A DNA stretch of 62,474 nt, counting the filler, from Kipferlia bialata (taxonomy: Eukaryota): the NCBI GenBank assembly GCA_003568945.1. It is 4 parts of 4 records of this genome, joined end to end, with 100 filler letters (N's around TTAATTAATTAA, not from the genome) between each part and the next. Parts side by side here need not be neighbours in the genome. Positions count along the whole stretch, not along the records: positions 31,317 to 46,849 come from BDIP01000690.1; positions 46,950 to 62,474 come from BDIP01000691.1; 2 more parts are not named here. The stretch is one strand, 5' to 3'. The notes beneath the pieces are model-generated. The model was given only the letters and a program-made list of their open reading frames with translations. It was not told the origin of the DNA and ran no database searches. The position numbers and the translations under genes are program-made. Positions 38,568 to 50,963 of this stretch are shown here, in pieces. How positions within the stretch are numbered: the stretch's first letter is position 1; every line of letters starts with the position of its first letter.

Positions 38568-38889
38568 GGGTGTAGCCAGAGAGAGAGAGAAAGAGAGAGA
38601 GAGGCACCACCAGTTTATGGGTGTGGCCAGAAAGACATATCCCTGAGTGACAGAGGGAGAGAAGGTTTTCCGATATGCAGCTTCTGAAGCAGAGCTGTAT
38701 ATATCATGTATCTTGTGTATATGATACTGATATTGTTGTATGTATGAAGAGTGACAGAGGTTTAATAGACGTTTCAAATATAGTAATTATTGCTGATGTC
38801 TCTATTGATATGGGGATTGATATGGGGAGCCATTGGCCTCTCTCTCTCTCTCTGACCTCTCTATCCTCTCCTCTCTCTCACGCTCTCTG

Positions 38890-41800
38890 ACACTGAGCCC
38901 ATGCTCAAGGTGATCCAGTAGCTGGTGTCAAACAATTCAATTCAACATAAACAGATATACACAGGATAGAGTACACAAAGTGATGTACCTGTTCAAGCGC
39001 AGTAGCTGCAGAATGTTGCCCATTCTCCTCTACATATGGGTAAAAATGTACATTGCTCTCCTATTACACACATATATACTTCTATATTGTATTGCTTTTA
39101 CCTGCACTAAAGCTGGCAGCTGCAGTATGTTGGCCAGTCTCCTCATTGCAATAAGGAGAGGCATCCCATAGGCACACATGTACCAGTCCCTGTCCCTTCT
39201 ATTAGAATAGGAAAGAACATACTATATACCTACAGTTGTATAGTATGACAACGTGTATAAAGCACATGCTATTAGGAGACGCATCCCATAGGCACACATG
39301 TAACAGTCTCTATCCCTGTGGTCAACTGTTATCCATACAGTTTGAGAGTCACAGTACATAACAGTATAGATGTGAGTAGGTAGGGGCATCACATAGTCAC
39401 ACATGTACCAGTCCCTGTCCCTATCATTAGTCTCCTTCAAACTCACCAGCGCACCCTAGACTTATGCACATTTGTTAACATCATCAATATCGCCATAATG
39501 AGTAAGAGTGCTCACCTTGGCCCCTGCTGCTGCATCGATGTGTGACTCAGCCCATGGGCAGCCTCATCAGTGGACATCAGCAGACGCTGCCTCTCGTTCC
39601 ACCTGAATAGTTAGCATTGATACACGGTTACAGTAGACGCTGTCTCTCGTTCCATCTGAATGATTAAGAGAGTAGACACCACACGGTTTAGTGACAAGTC
39701 AGACGAAAGAGGTTAACATCAGCAGACGCTGTCTCTCGTTCCATCTAAACAATCAGGAGAGTAGACACCACACTACTAAGTTACAAGTCAATTGAAAGAT
39801 AGTTGTTCCATCTGGAAACTAAGGAGAGTAGGCACCACACAATTCACCGACAAGTCAATCGAAAGAGGATACCTGTGACAGGGCCTCTGGAAACGGTACC
39901 CGATACATCCAAGAGCCAGTGTGCCACGGAGTAGAAGAGACTGTACCGTGCCTGCGGGGGAGAGAGAATAAGGTCTATACATATTGATGAAGAGAGAGAG
40001 AGGGAGGACAATATACACTAATAGAGAGATAGAGAGTCAAGGTATGTCTCGACATACCTATCACACAGTTGGTCATACTAAGACAGCTTGGGAGCACCTC
40101 TTCCACCTGTTATCAGACCATTAACAACCTCAACACTCTGTGACAAGGTATGTGACAAGCACGTACCTCAGGCCTGCTGCAGTAGAGCACCGTCTCCCTC
40201 TGGTCATCTGGGAAGGCTTCTAGCCACACAGAGAAGGTCTGGGTTAAGATAGTCAGAGAGTATTCCAGACAGATAGTAATGAAAAATATCAACGGTAATG
40301 CATAAGAAGATAGTATCCTCAACCTGCATCTCCCTGACCAAGGGTAGGGTTGCTGATATGGCTGTGGCACAGACAAGACTCTGGAACAGTTCTGGGCTGT
40401 CAGGACTCTATGTAGCTAACAGACAGTGACTCAAACCCAATAAGTATGATTTGTGGACATAGTGTATTGGGTCTATACAACATACCTCCCGACCCAATTG
40501 GGAATGAGTTGAGCAGGCCAGTGGCCTTGGCCAGCACCATGGCCAGGCTGGGGTTAAATATTGCTTATGATATAGAATATTATATATGGCAAGGTTTATT
40601 CTCCATGTATAGTGTAATCCATAATAATTAGGTATTACTTGGCCAGAACCATGGCCAGGCTGGAGTTAGAGTATATATACATTAATACGCTATATATATT
40701 GTTATCTAGTTCTGGCAGAACCATAGCCAGGCTGTAGTTAACAATGCTTATGAAGTGGTATACTCTATATGTATAGTATATTCCAGAATAGGTTCATCTT
40801 GGCCAGCACTACGCTAATGTACCACAGAATATCAGGACTTCGGATTCCGAAGACTGCTGTGAAGGATATATGTATATATAAACACTGCTTACCCTGCTGC
40901 GTGTCTCTGCTTGCACTTGTCCCTGTGCATACATGCTGACATAAGGGTGTAGAGAGAGAGAGAGAGCGAGAGAGAGATATATATAGATAACTTGTCCCTT
41001 TACATGCATAAATACTGGGCGTTAATAGATAAGACTAACTCAAAGTCTTTACGATCCAAGTTGTGTTTGCGGGAGTAGAGAGAAGGAAACACAATCAGAG
41101 AGCGTACACCATACCTCATATATGTATGTCTACTATCTCTTGACATATGTGATTGTGTATATATATGCTATGTATAGGACCATGTATATATATGTGGGTG
41201 TACTATACCTGACACATGCGTCCTGTTGTCCCCAGTCACATCTTCAGAGACACTCCACCTTCAGGGTTAGTCACTAGTACAACCACGAGTTCGTGTGGGA
41301 ACTATGTGCTCACTAATGCATATGTACTTGCACATTGAGCCTCTATACAATGGCATATATATATATATGTATGTATGTATGGTATGCTACTTAATTATAC
41401 CCCACCTCCCCAGGTCCTGCGATATGGCTGCCAGGTAGAGGAAGAGAATCTAGGGTTAGAGAGTTCGATGGGAAAGAGCGTTATCATTATGGACTATCTA
41501 CTGTGACTAGTGGTTGAACATGCAAGTGACAACGTCACCTGTTTCGATGGCATGTACATTCCCCTCCCCACACTTGCCCTGATGCTGTGCACAATGTGAT
41601 GGGTCATGTGCAGGGCAGAGGTGGCAGTCATGTCTGATAATGAGTGATATAGTATACGTGGAGTGTATTGAATACACTCTGTATTTACAGATACTGATGT
41701 TATGTGTATACTGTATAGATTCATATTGTATGTGCACAACGTGATATGTCATGTGCAGGGCAGATGTGGCAGTCCTGTCTGAGGTTGAGGTCTTATTAGA

Positions 41801-43382
41801 AGATACATATATGGATATATTACATGTATGTATATATATATATGCACAATAGAGATCGCAGTCATGTCTTGAGGAGAGATTCAACACTGTACATAGTTAT
41901 ACATATTACAGTACATACGCCGGGTTGTGTGTGTTATGTGCACAGTGTGGGGTAGGCGGAAACTGACCTGGGTTCAAGTTACCGTGCTTCCTGTATGTGT
42001 TGGCAACTGCCATTACATAGGCAAGGAAGTTGCTCAGGGGGACACCTATAGGTCAGTCAGTAGTAACACATACAACACATAGATATTGTGTTTGCTACAA
42101 GCACTACGACTCAAGCTTTGAGTCAAAGGCACCCCTATAAGTGTAAGTCGTCCGACGATACTAACATATACGAGGACACCTGTAATCTCTAGCCCCATTG
42201 TCTGGAAGAGGTGCACACTGGCTGCCTCCAGTCCAAAGCCACCTGGAGATTAGAGACTCTAAAGTAGAGCTATAATGGAATGTCCGAAATAAACTTCATC
42301 CATAGGTGATTACGCAGTGAAAATCTAAATAATCTTACGGTGGTATATAGATATTGGTACTACAGGTACCTGTCACGTGTGGGAGTCTGTTGCAGTCATA
42401 CTTGATGTCACCACTGAAGTTGTTCAGGGCCTTGCTTGTGTTAGCACAACATTATACATTATATCGTAACATAACTGTTGACTCCGGGAAGTAGTATGAA
42501 GTGTCAGTGATTCTGGTTGATGCATACCTACTCCTTCTGTCCGTGATGATGTTCCTGTACGTATATACAAAGTCTCTGATGCAGGATGGAACCAGCTTGG
42601 CAACAGGGTCTACAAACAGAGACAGAGGGAGGTGGGGTGACACGTAGCCCAACGTAGGAATCCTGTGAGGAGGATACGTCTTAGGTGGTTATGTTAAGAG
42701 AATTATAGGTTGAAGATATAACCTTTGCATACCTTGGTAACAGCATGCTGTTCTCTGGAGTGGGTCCTTCCGTCTCCTCTTGGGTTCCAAGTGCATTGAA
42801 TGAGCCAGTCTTGGGGTGAAAACACATTAACACAGGTATTTTGTGCACTAAAGAATATATTGAACATGTAATGGCATTGAATTAGATGAAGAGGCTTTAC
42901 GGGTATATATATGCAGACACTCACGTTGAATGTACTGGCTGGTACCCTGGGTGCACTTGATCCCTTAGGTAGGACAGGCACGACGCTGCTTTGGCGTCTG
43001 TCTCGTAGGGACACCGCATCTAGATGTCTGGATATGAGACAAAGAGAGCCTGACACGTGATGTAAGAATCTATCTCTTTGAAAACAATTATGTCAGCTGC
43101 CTAGGTATGAGCCGAAAGACCCGAGTATGTATATATACTAATTGAAGAAAGTGATGTCGTATACTTCATAAACTAATTGAAGAAACAATGCTATACCTAC
43201 GTGTATGTATAGCTATGATAGTAAGTCACATATATACCTACACATCGTGTATTACCTTAGTGTCTGCTTGGCTGAGTTATCCTGCAGAGCCTCAAAGCTC
43301 TCTGAGGGAGACCGCTGAGACGTCTGAGACGATTGAGACGTCTCTTCGTCCATTAGTCTGAGACTACCCTTGAATCAGTATA

Positions 43383-43430
<48 letters not shown>

Positions 43431-46400
43431 TATGAGAGTAAGTAAAGGGGTATGCATGATACATGCCGGGCATGTAACATGCCCTGACTATGTTACATAA
43501 TGATATCGCTAAATTTTCTATTGAAGTATGTATCAGTGTCAGATTAAGGGTATTTTAAACCTTGTGATTGTGGGTGTGCGCACGACTCCTACGTGTCTGG
43601 TTGGCATACCCCCTCATGCATCTGATTGTTAGCCACAAAACCTAGACACAGACACAATGAAGCAAACTTGATCGTGGACAATATACTAAGCGATTTGACA
43701 ATTACGGTAGCAGTGGCAATAAGAAATTCTTATTATAAGAATGCACCTCAGATGCTCTCTGAAGTAGTACACGCAGGTTGCTCCTCTGATGAAGATTGGA
43801 CACCCGTTCTCATCTCTACTGTCCACATAGTGGGCAAACGTGAAAGGGGCTTGGAACTGGTATGAGTCATGAATCGTTTTAGTATTCTTAATAAGAATGT
43901 CATATATAACCCTGACTCAGGACTCCTGAGTGTGTACATTGGGCTAGTCACACCTGTTTCTTCCTCGCATCTCTGAAACTCACTCCACCTGCGGCATACC
44001 TGGGTCAGTGTCATAACGGGAATACAAAGTGTTGAGTAACTATGATAACACATATATAATGTAAGTAGTGCACTGTGCCTGTATGGTGGCTCTGTGGCCA
44101 GGTGGTTCCACATCACATCGGAGGTGACATTTAACTCGCAGTGCACGGACTGGGAGATTAGATCTAGCAATGTACTGGAATCTATTCTAAGAATAGACTA
44201 TTCTTACTACAAGCGGTAACACCAGTACCTCAATAATGGCCAGACTTATAGAGTAGACAGAGGCGGCGATTGCAATACTTTCATAGTATAACACAATATC
44301 ATACAACTGTTACTGCTATGTATATGCATCAATATTGCCATACCATAGTGTCGAGGTGCTGCAGCCATGCTGCTTCTGGCTGAGACTCCTTGAGCATGAA
44401 CCACCTGTATATTAGAGAGTAGCACAATATATTATAATATGGTGCATGTCAGGTAATCTACTCTATCTATGGACTCTACCAAGAATATGGATCGATTTGG
44501 ACCAGAGTATTGGTAATATACTTGTTAGTCAGGTTATGACAACGTATCTGTCAACAAACACTGATGACTCACGTGTCTGCAGTCACTTACATACTACTAA
44601 TATTGATAGGGATACTGATACCTGAACCACTGCCTTGTCACGTAGATGTACTTCTGGGAGAAGCCTCTAGGCCCCTGGGTGACCAGCACATAGGGGGACT
44701 GTGGGTTAAGGTATGTTCTTTTGTAGTGCTCGAATCAATGTGTTGTGGTATATTCAAATTAATAATTAGAGAATAATTGAAATAATTGAAATAATTGAAA
44801 TAATTGAAATAATTAATCACATTGAATAGAGCAGCACGTACAATAGTAATATACATAAGAGATATATACATATGAACTATGCATGTATATAGTATAACAG
44901 TAACCTCGAAGCATCTCGCCAGTGCCCCTTGAGGAGGTCTAGGTACAGGGGGCCACATCACAGAGGGGGTCCTAAGGGGTAAGATGTACTACAACATATA
45001 CGACTACAACTTGAAGTCAACATGAATCATACGACTATATCTGAAGGGAGTCATAAGTTGTGAGTTGCATTCGACATCATCCATATGAATCATATGACTA
45101 TGTCTGAAGGTTGATATGGTGGCAGTAATTGTGTAGAACAGATAGGTGGTCCCATTACAGAGGACTTCTCTGAGAAGAAATCCTAGTAGGTCAGTAATAC
45201 TCACACGTGAAGATGTCCGAATACACCTCTATGTGGATATACCCTGATATAGAGAGAGCTTTATATATACATATATATATATATATATATCTGAACTATG
45301 TCGTTTGAGTTAACCACACTTACTTAACCGGAGGCGGTGGGAACGGTGCTGGGGGCATGGGCACATGGTTGAGTCTGGGGTTAGATACAGCAGTTACAAA
45401 GGAGAGAGAGGGAGACATAAGCGTGGACTACTGACAAGGCAATCTGGGTGACATATACTATATATACTGTGTGATACAGATGTATTTAGTATATAGTAGT
45501 CCTTATACCTAGTTGACTGGGGCACTATGATCCATCCCTCTTCCTCCACGTCCAAGGGACCTGGGATCTTATACGGGTACTTGCGCAGTATCTGACCGGA
45601 TACCAAGTGGAACTGAAGTGAAAGATGTAGTATGAATATCTAATGAATATCTAATGAATATCTAATGAATATCTAATGAATGTCCAATGATTATCTAATG
45701 AATATCTAACGAATACTAATGAAGCTACTGTCATACTGCTCTACATTATCTAATGAATATCTAACGAATATCTAATGAAGCTACTGTCATACTACTCCAC
45801 ATTTACATACCTGACTCAGTCTAGCTGCATCGTGAAGTTTCGCAAACTCAGTTGCCAGTCTATCGAGTAAGGAGAGCAGTGTACCAACACCATCATGCAC
45901 TGCTAGACCTAGGGTGAGAATACGACCAGTACTAATATTGGAAGTCTGTGGACAGAGTAGCGATGGTTCTTAGATTCTACAACTAGACTATTGGTTCGCA
46001 ATGCTAACTTTGCACTAGTGCGATGAGACAGTGGTGAATAGTTACTGAAAGGAATCTCTTCCTGGAACCAGACTTGAAGGAGGATAATATACCATACCTC
46101 TGCTTAGTTCAGTGCAGTGTGGTGGACTCAGTGTCTGTGCTCGAAGAGGAACGGCGAGCGACGTTGTGTGTATCCATAACCTGACGTAAGACCACCAGTC
46201 CCAGCAATCAGACAAGAAGGGGTGTATATGTGTAAGATATACTTGTATTGCAATGACATAAACAAATATTGTACCTCATTTCCATGCATCTCTTCGGAGA
46301 TATCACCACTCGACTCACTGCTCTGCCTAGTCTTCTCGGCAGCAGGGGGTGGAGGCCTGAGTCATCAATACATTGACTCAATATATATCATAGTGATTGG

Positions 46401-46530
46401 AATATTGCTGTCTCTCTCTCTCTCAACAGTATCAACGATATATATATTATATCTACACAATTCACCTGCCAGTACCCAGACCCACAGGGGTATACTCGGA
46501 GCAACTCGGCTACAGCCTAGGGGGAACATG
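38890..46530 (-). CDS. Long micro-exon gene (possibly more than one) containing a degenerate class I cyclic-nucleotide phosphodiesterase-like domain at about 41400-42440
   Basis: Spliced exons read YDCNRLPHVTGGFGLEAASVHLFQTMGL..VPLSNFLAYVMAVANTYRKHDMTATSALHMTHHIV..ILFLYLAAISQDLG, which follows the PDEase_I N-terminal catalytic pattern. Gene ends are approximate. Confidence 0.5.
44760..44815. repeat. Intronic 9-mer tandem repeat (AATAATTGA)n
   Basis: About five to six adjacent copies read directly. Confidence 0.9.
45634..45780. repeat. Intronic 11-mer tandem repeat (GAATATCTAAT)n
   Basis: Multiple perfect and degenerate copies, with a higher-order duplication including GAAGCTACTGTCATACT. Confidence 0.9.
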
Positions 46531-46849
46531 CCTGGTGTGATTAACTAATCAGTAGAAGGTTATACGATACGGGACCATTAGAAGGCACACCAACATGGAA
46601 CTGAAACAAGACTGAGTATACTGGACACATGAAGTTCTTAGGAACTAGAGTAGTTATTTAGTGCCGTACCTCTAGTCTTGTTCTTATTCCGAGTGGTGCG
46701 CAACACCAGTGAGAGAAGCTGTTTGTTAGACGTATAGAACACATATAGTAACACACACGTCTAAATAGTACTGGGACATATGTATGCTTCAGATTAGGGT
46801 TTCAAAAATATAGATATAGAAATAAGATAGTAAAAATATTTTACTATAT

Positions 46850-46949
46850 NNNNNNNNNNNNNNNNNNNNNNNNNNNNNNNNNNNNNNNNNNNNTTAATTA
46901 ATTAANNNNNNNNNNNNNNNNNNNNNNNNNNNNNNNNNNNNNNNNNNNN
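46850..46949. other. Artificial scaffold linker
   Basis: N44-TTAATTAATTAA-N44. Confidence 0.97.
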
Positions 46950-46995
<46 letters not shown>

Positions 46996-47035
46996 CATAT
47001 ATATTTATGTGTGTGTGTGTGTGATATCCACCCAG

Positions 47036-48097
47036 CCACTCTGACAGTATTGAGGCCAGACATAAAGGTATATGCATGTATATATACATGTACGTCCCCT
47101 CTCTCTCTCTCCCTCTCACTCCTAGGTCATCCTGCCCTGGTGTGGAGGCAGGGTTGACTGGTCCATCATCAAGGTATATATGTATACATGTACACTATAT
47201 ACACTCATTCCATATATATATTGTTGAATGATAGTAGTACATATGCAACGGTTGGGCTGTTCCATCATCAAGGTGGGGATGTATATGCATGGATACATAT
47301 ACACAGTATATATACATATATATAAGGATGTGGATGTGGGTGTGTCATCATCCTCATCCAAATTCTCTCTCACCGTATGTATAGCTCATCCATGATGACC
47401 CTTGCTGACCCTTAGGACATCTTGTGCATCATCACCCTGCTCTATAATACATCTCGCAGTATGTCATATTCCATATTCTCTCCTTCTTACCCCCAGGACA
47501 TCCTATCAACCTAATCAACCTCCTAGACAATATACTTTTCCATCATCATCCTGCTCATAGCTTTCTCATTATGTCTATTTAGTCCCCCGCATGTTCGTTG
47601 CTAAGCCTCAGGACATCCTGTCCATTGGTAGAGTCAGTATGCTCATACAATCTGAGATAGTCTATCTCACCGTTACTCATTCATCGATCCATGCCTCTTG
47701 TGAAATGAACCTTTCCAACCCATCAGGACATCCTGTCCATCGGAGTCGGCATGCTCATATACTGTTTCATCTATATATATAATATATTCTGTATATTCAA
47801 TATTAATATATACTTATATATAATGTTAACACATCAGGACATCCTGTCCATCGGAGTGGGCATGCTCATATCCAGACTGCCCCCTACACTTGGCACCATC
47901 ATCAGTACGTCTCTCCTTCTAGACCCTTCTGAAATGTCTCTCCTTCTAGACCCTTACTATATCTCTCTCTGCCTCATCTCCAGGCTGTGCAGAGATCAGA
48001 TACCTACTCCCACACTAGCGCATTTATATGTATCCCTCATCCTCAGGCAATGCTGAGATCCGATACATTGTGGACCATGACTCCTCTGTCACAGACG

Positions 48098-48138
<41 letters not shown>

Positions 48139-49914
48139 CATCTATAGGCAATGCCGAGATCCGATACATTGTGGACCATGACTCCTCTGTTATAGACACA
48201 GAGACACTCGGCAATGCACTCGTGGCCAGTTTCGGCATATTCAGCAGGTTCTCTCATTATCTCTACTCAACTCAATGTTAATCAGGGCTCTCTCTCTTTG
48301 CTGCTGGTGTTGTTTCCGTATCACAAGAGTCAGTCGGTGTCTCTCTCGCTATAGTATGTGGACCATGTATATAGATACACTGTACTAACCACCAGGGTGT
48401 CCACTCTAGTCTACCCTTACATACACTTGCTGCTTCATCTCTCTCTACTGTAACTGTACTAACCACCAGGGTGTCCACGCTAGTCTTCATGCCAACCACA
48501 GGCCTAACACAAGGTGAGGAATCTACTAATGACTATATATTGAATATATATATAGTGCATATGTGTATTGTATATAGTGTATTGTAGTGTGGACCAACCA
48601 CCGGCGTAACACAAGGTAATGTATCACTTCTGTGTACTATGTGGACATAGTGTATTATGTCTCTCTATATTCCCTTGATATATTCTATTCAGTACATATC
48701 CGCTACCCCTTACCTTAGGCCTCATGCCCATTGTTGGCTTCAACCTGGGATGTAGACAGTGGGACAGGATCAGAAGGGCAACATATTATGGTGAGGTCTC
48801 GCTTAATATAGCCATGGTATATATATAATACAACATAGTATTATATATGTATATAGATACGATATTAATGTATCCTTGTGTAGGCAGTGGGACAGGATCG
48901 GAAAGGCAACATACTTAGGTAGGGAGACCCTTACTCCAGCTACACTCCATCCATATTTCGCACTACTATGGAAGAATCCAGTCTCTATTAGTATATATGC
49001 AAGTCTACACTCCATGCTCTTCTCTCACCTTAGTCATGTGGACTGCCCTCCTAGTCTCTACCCTCACTGTCATCATGTATACTATATATAGTACATAGTA
49101 TATAATATGTATATATATATACATCTCATACCAGTCATGTGGACGGCTCTAGTGGTATCTGCCCTCACCGTCATCCTGTGCGAGGTGTTTGCAGAAGGCC
49201 TCATCCATTTCTTCTCCCACGACGCAGTTGTGCTTGATAAGGTACTATATCTCCCCCTCTCTCTATTCTCATTCTGAAGGAGTGTCAAACTGATATTCTC
49301 TCATAACACTATCCCTTGTCACTTCTCCTACGACGCAGATGTGCTTGAGAAGGTATTCTCTCATCTCACTCTCATATGTTTTCTCAGGTTGTAGATCTAT
49401 TCCATGTTGGTTTTCCCCTCTTGTCACTCATACCTATGCCCCCTTTGTCCTCCTGCTCTATCTCCCTCTCATTTCTCATTCTATGTAATTCTCTCACCCC
49501 TCTCCCACCATGTACCCTCTTGTCTCTCATACCCAGGCTCCCTTTGTCCTCCGTATCTCCCTCTGCCTCTCCTGGCTACAGTTCCTCCCGGCCATGGCAG
49601 CAGTGCTCGCACAGGTATTCACTCTAGCGTGCTTATGATATTATATATGTGTATATATGACCGGGTATGTTTCTCTGAATATATATATGCCATGGCCGCA
49701 GTGCTCGCACAGGTATTAATAGCTCTAGTGCATATGTGATAGTGTTTATAACACTCTGTGAATGTGATATTGACCCTAGGTCCACCGGGATGTAGGTGTC
49801 AACATCCGTGTGCAGCTCTTCAAGCCCCTGCTGGAGATTGCTCTCCTGTTTGCACTGCCTAGGTTCATGGGTCTTACAGGTGTAAATATGTATATTCATA
49901 CAGAGAGTGGTATG

Positions 49915-49946
<32 letters not shown>

Positions 49947-50433
49947 GCCCCTGCTGGAGATTGCTCTCCTGTTTGCACTGCCTAGGTTCCTAGGACTCAC
50001 AGGTAAACAGAAATGTTAGTGAATTATTCATAGAATAGTAATCAGGTTTCTTATGTATGATCATCTCATATTGAATACGTTCATAGATTGGCCCTTCACC
50101 CCCAGGTGTCTACCTTACCAAGCCTGTCTCCGAGTTCTGTGCCGCAGTGTACGGTGTAGTGCAGCTCAGACGCTACCTTAAGGTGAGATAGTGCTCTTTC
50201 AGTACATACTATTCAACGCTAGAGCAGAGTGAGGCAGTGATACATTGGATACACACGTATCCATATAGTCTTCCACACTCACTAACCTCCAGAGCTTCGA
50301 CACCAAGCAGAGTCTAGATGAGTCTGAGGGTGGTGCATCAAACAACCAGGGAGAGAGAGAGGAGTCCCACCCAGCTGTGGAGGGGTCCCAGCCAGACTGG
50401 GATCCCACTACAGAGAGCGAGACATCCGGTTAA
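47036..50433 (+). CDS. MATE family (multidrug and toxic compound extrusion) transporter, C-terminal half
   Basis: Spliced exons give IKDILSIGVGMLI, NALVASFGIFSRVSTLVFMPTTGLTQGLMPIVGFNLGCRQWDRIRRA, LIHFFSHDAVVL and LPRFMGLTGVYLTKPVSEF, which are typical MATE segments. Stop at 50431-50433. Confidence 0.85.
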
Positions 50434-50963
50434 CGGTATTATAGTCTTCACTCAGCCTATGGTAGGCTCCCAATAATCTCACTCGCTCACTGACCGTACT
50501 TCAGTGCTCTAGTTGAGAACAAGAGGCGGTGTCTGCTACTTCGGGTGCCTATCTTCACCTCTGTTTATGTAATATTACAAATACCCTATAATCTACCCAT
50601 ATACTTATACCCCTATACAATGTAAGCTGTTACCCTAGGGCCTAGGGTGGTTCTAAACCTGACCTCAATACCTCATATATGTTCTCAAATCAATAACTCG
50701 TCGCAATAGATTACATTTTCGACACGTTGTGTACGATGGATATCCTACGCTCAACCAGTGTTACACTGTCCAGTGTATGGAGTACCACAATTCAGGGCTG
50801 ATAGTATAAGCCCGATACAATTCCTCTTATATACTATTAGTTGTATTATGCGATCTGCAGGCAAAACGATCATATCTATTGCACAACAACATATATATGA
50901 AATTGTATCTGGGGTGAGTCATTCTGAGTATGTTTCTAATTATCACTCTCCTCTCCTCTCCAG

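Noticed and set aside
50632..50648. Short inverted repeat ACCCTAGG-G-CCTAGGGT between convergent genes
   Set aside because: An 8-bp stem is plausible by chance in 62 kb, and there is no supporting context.
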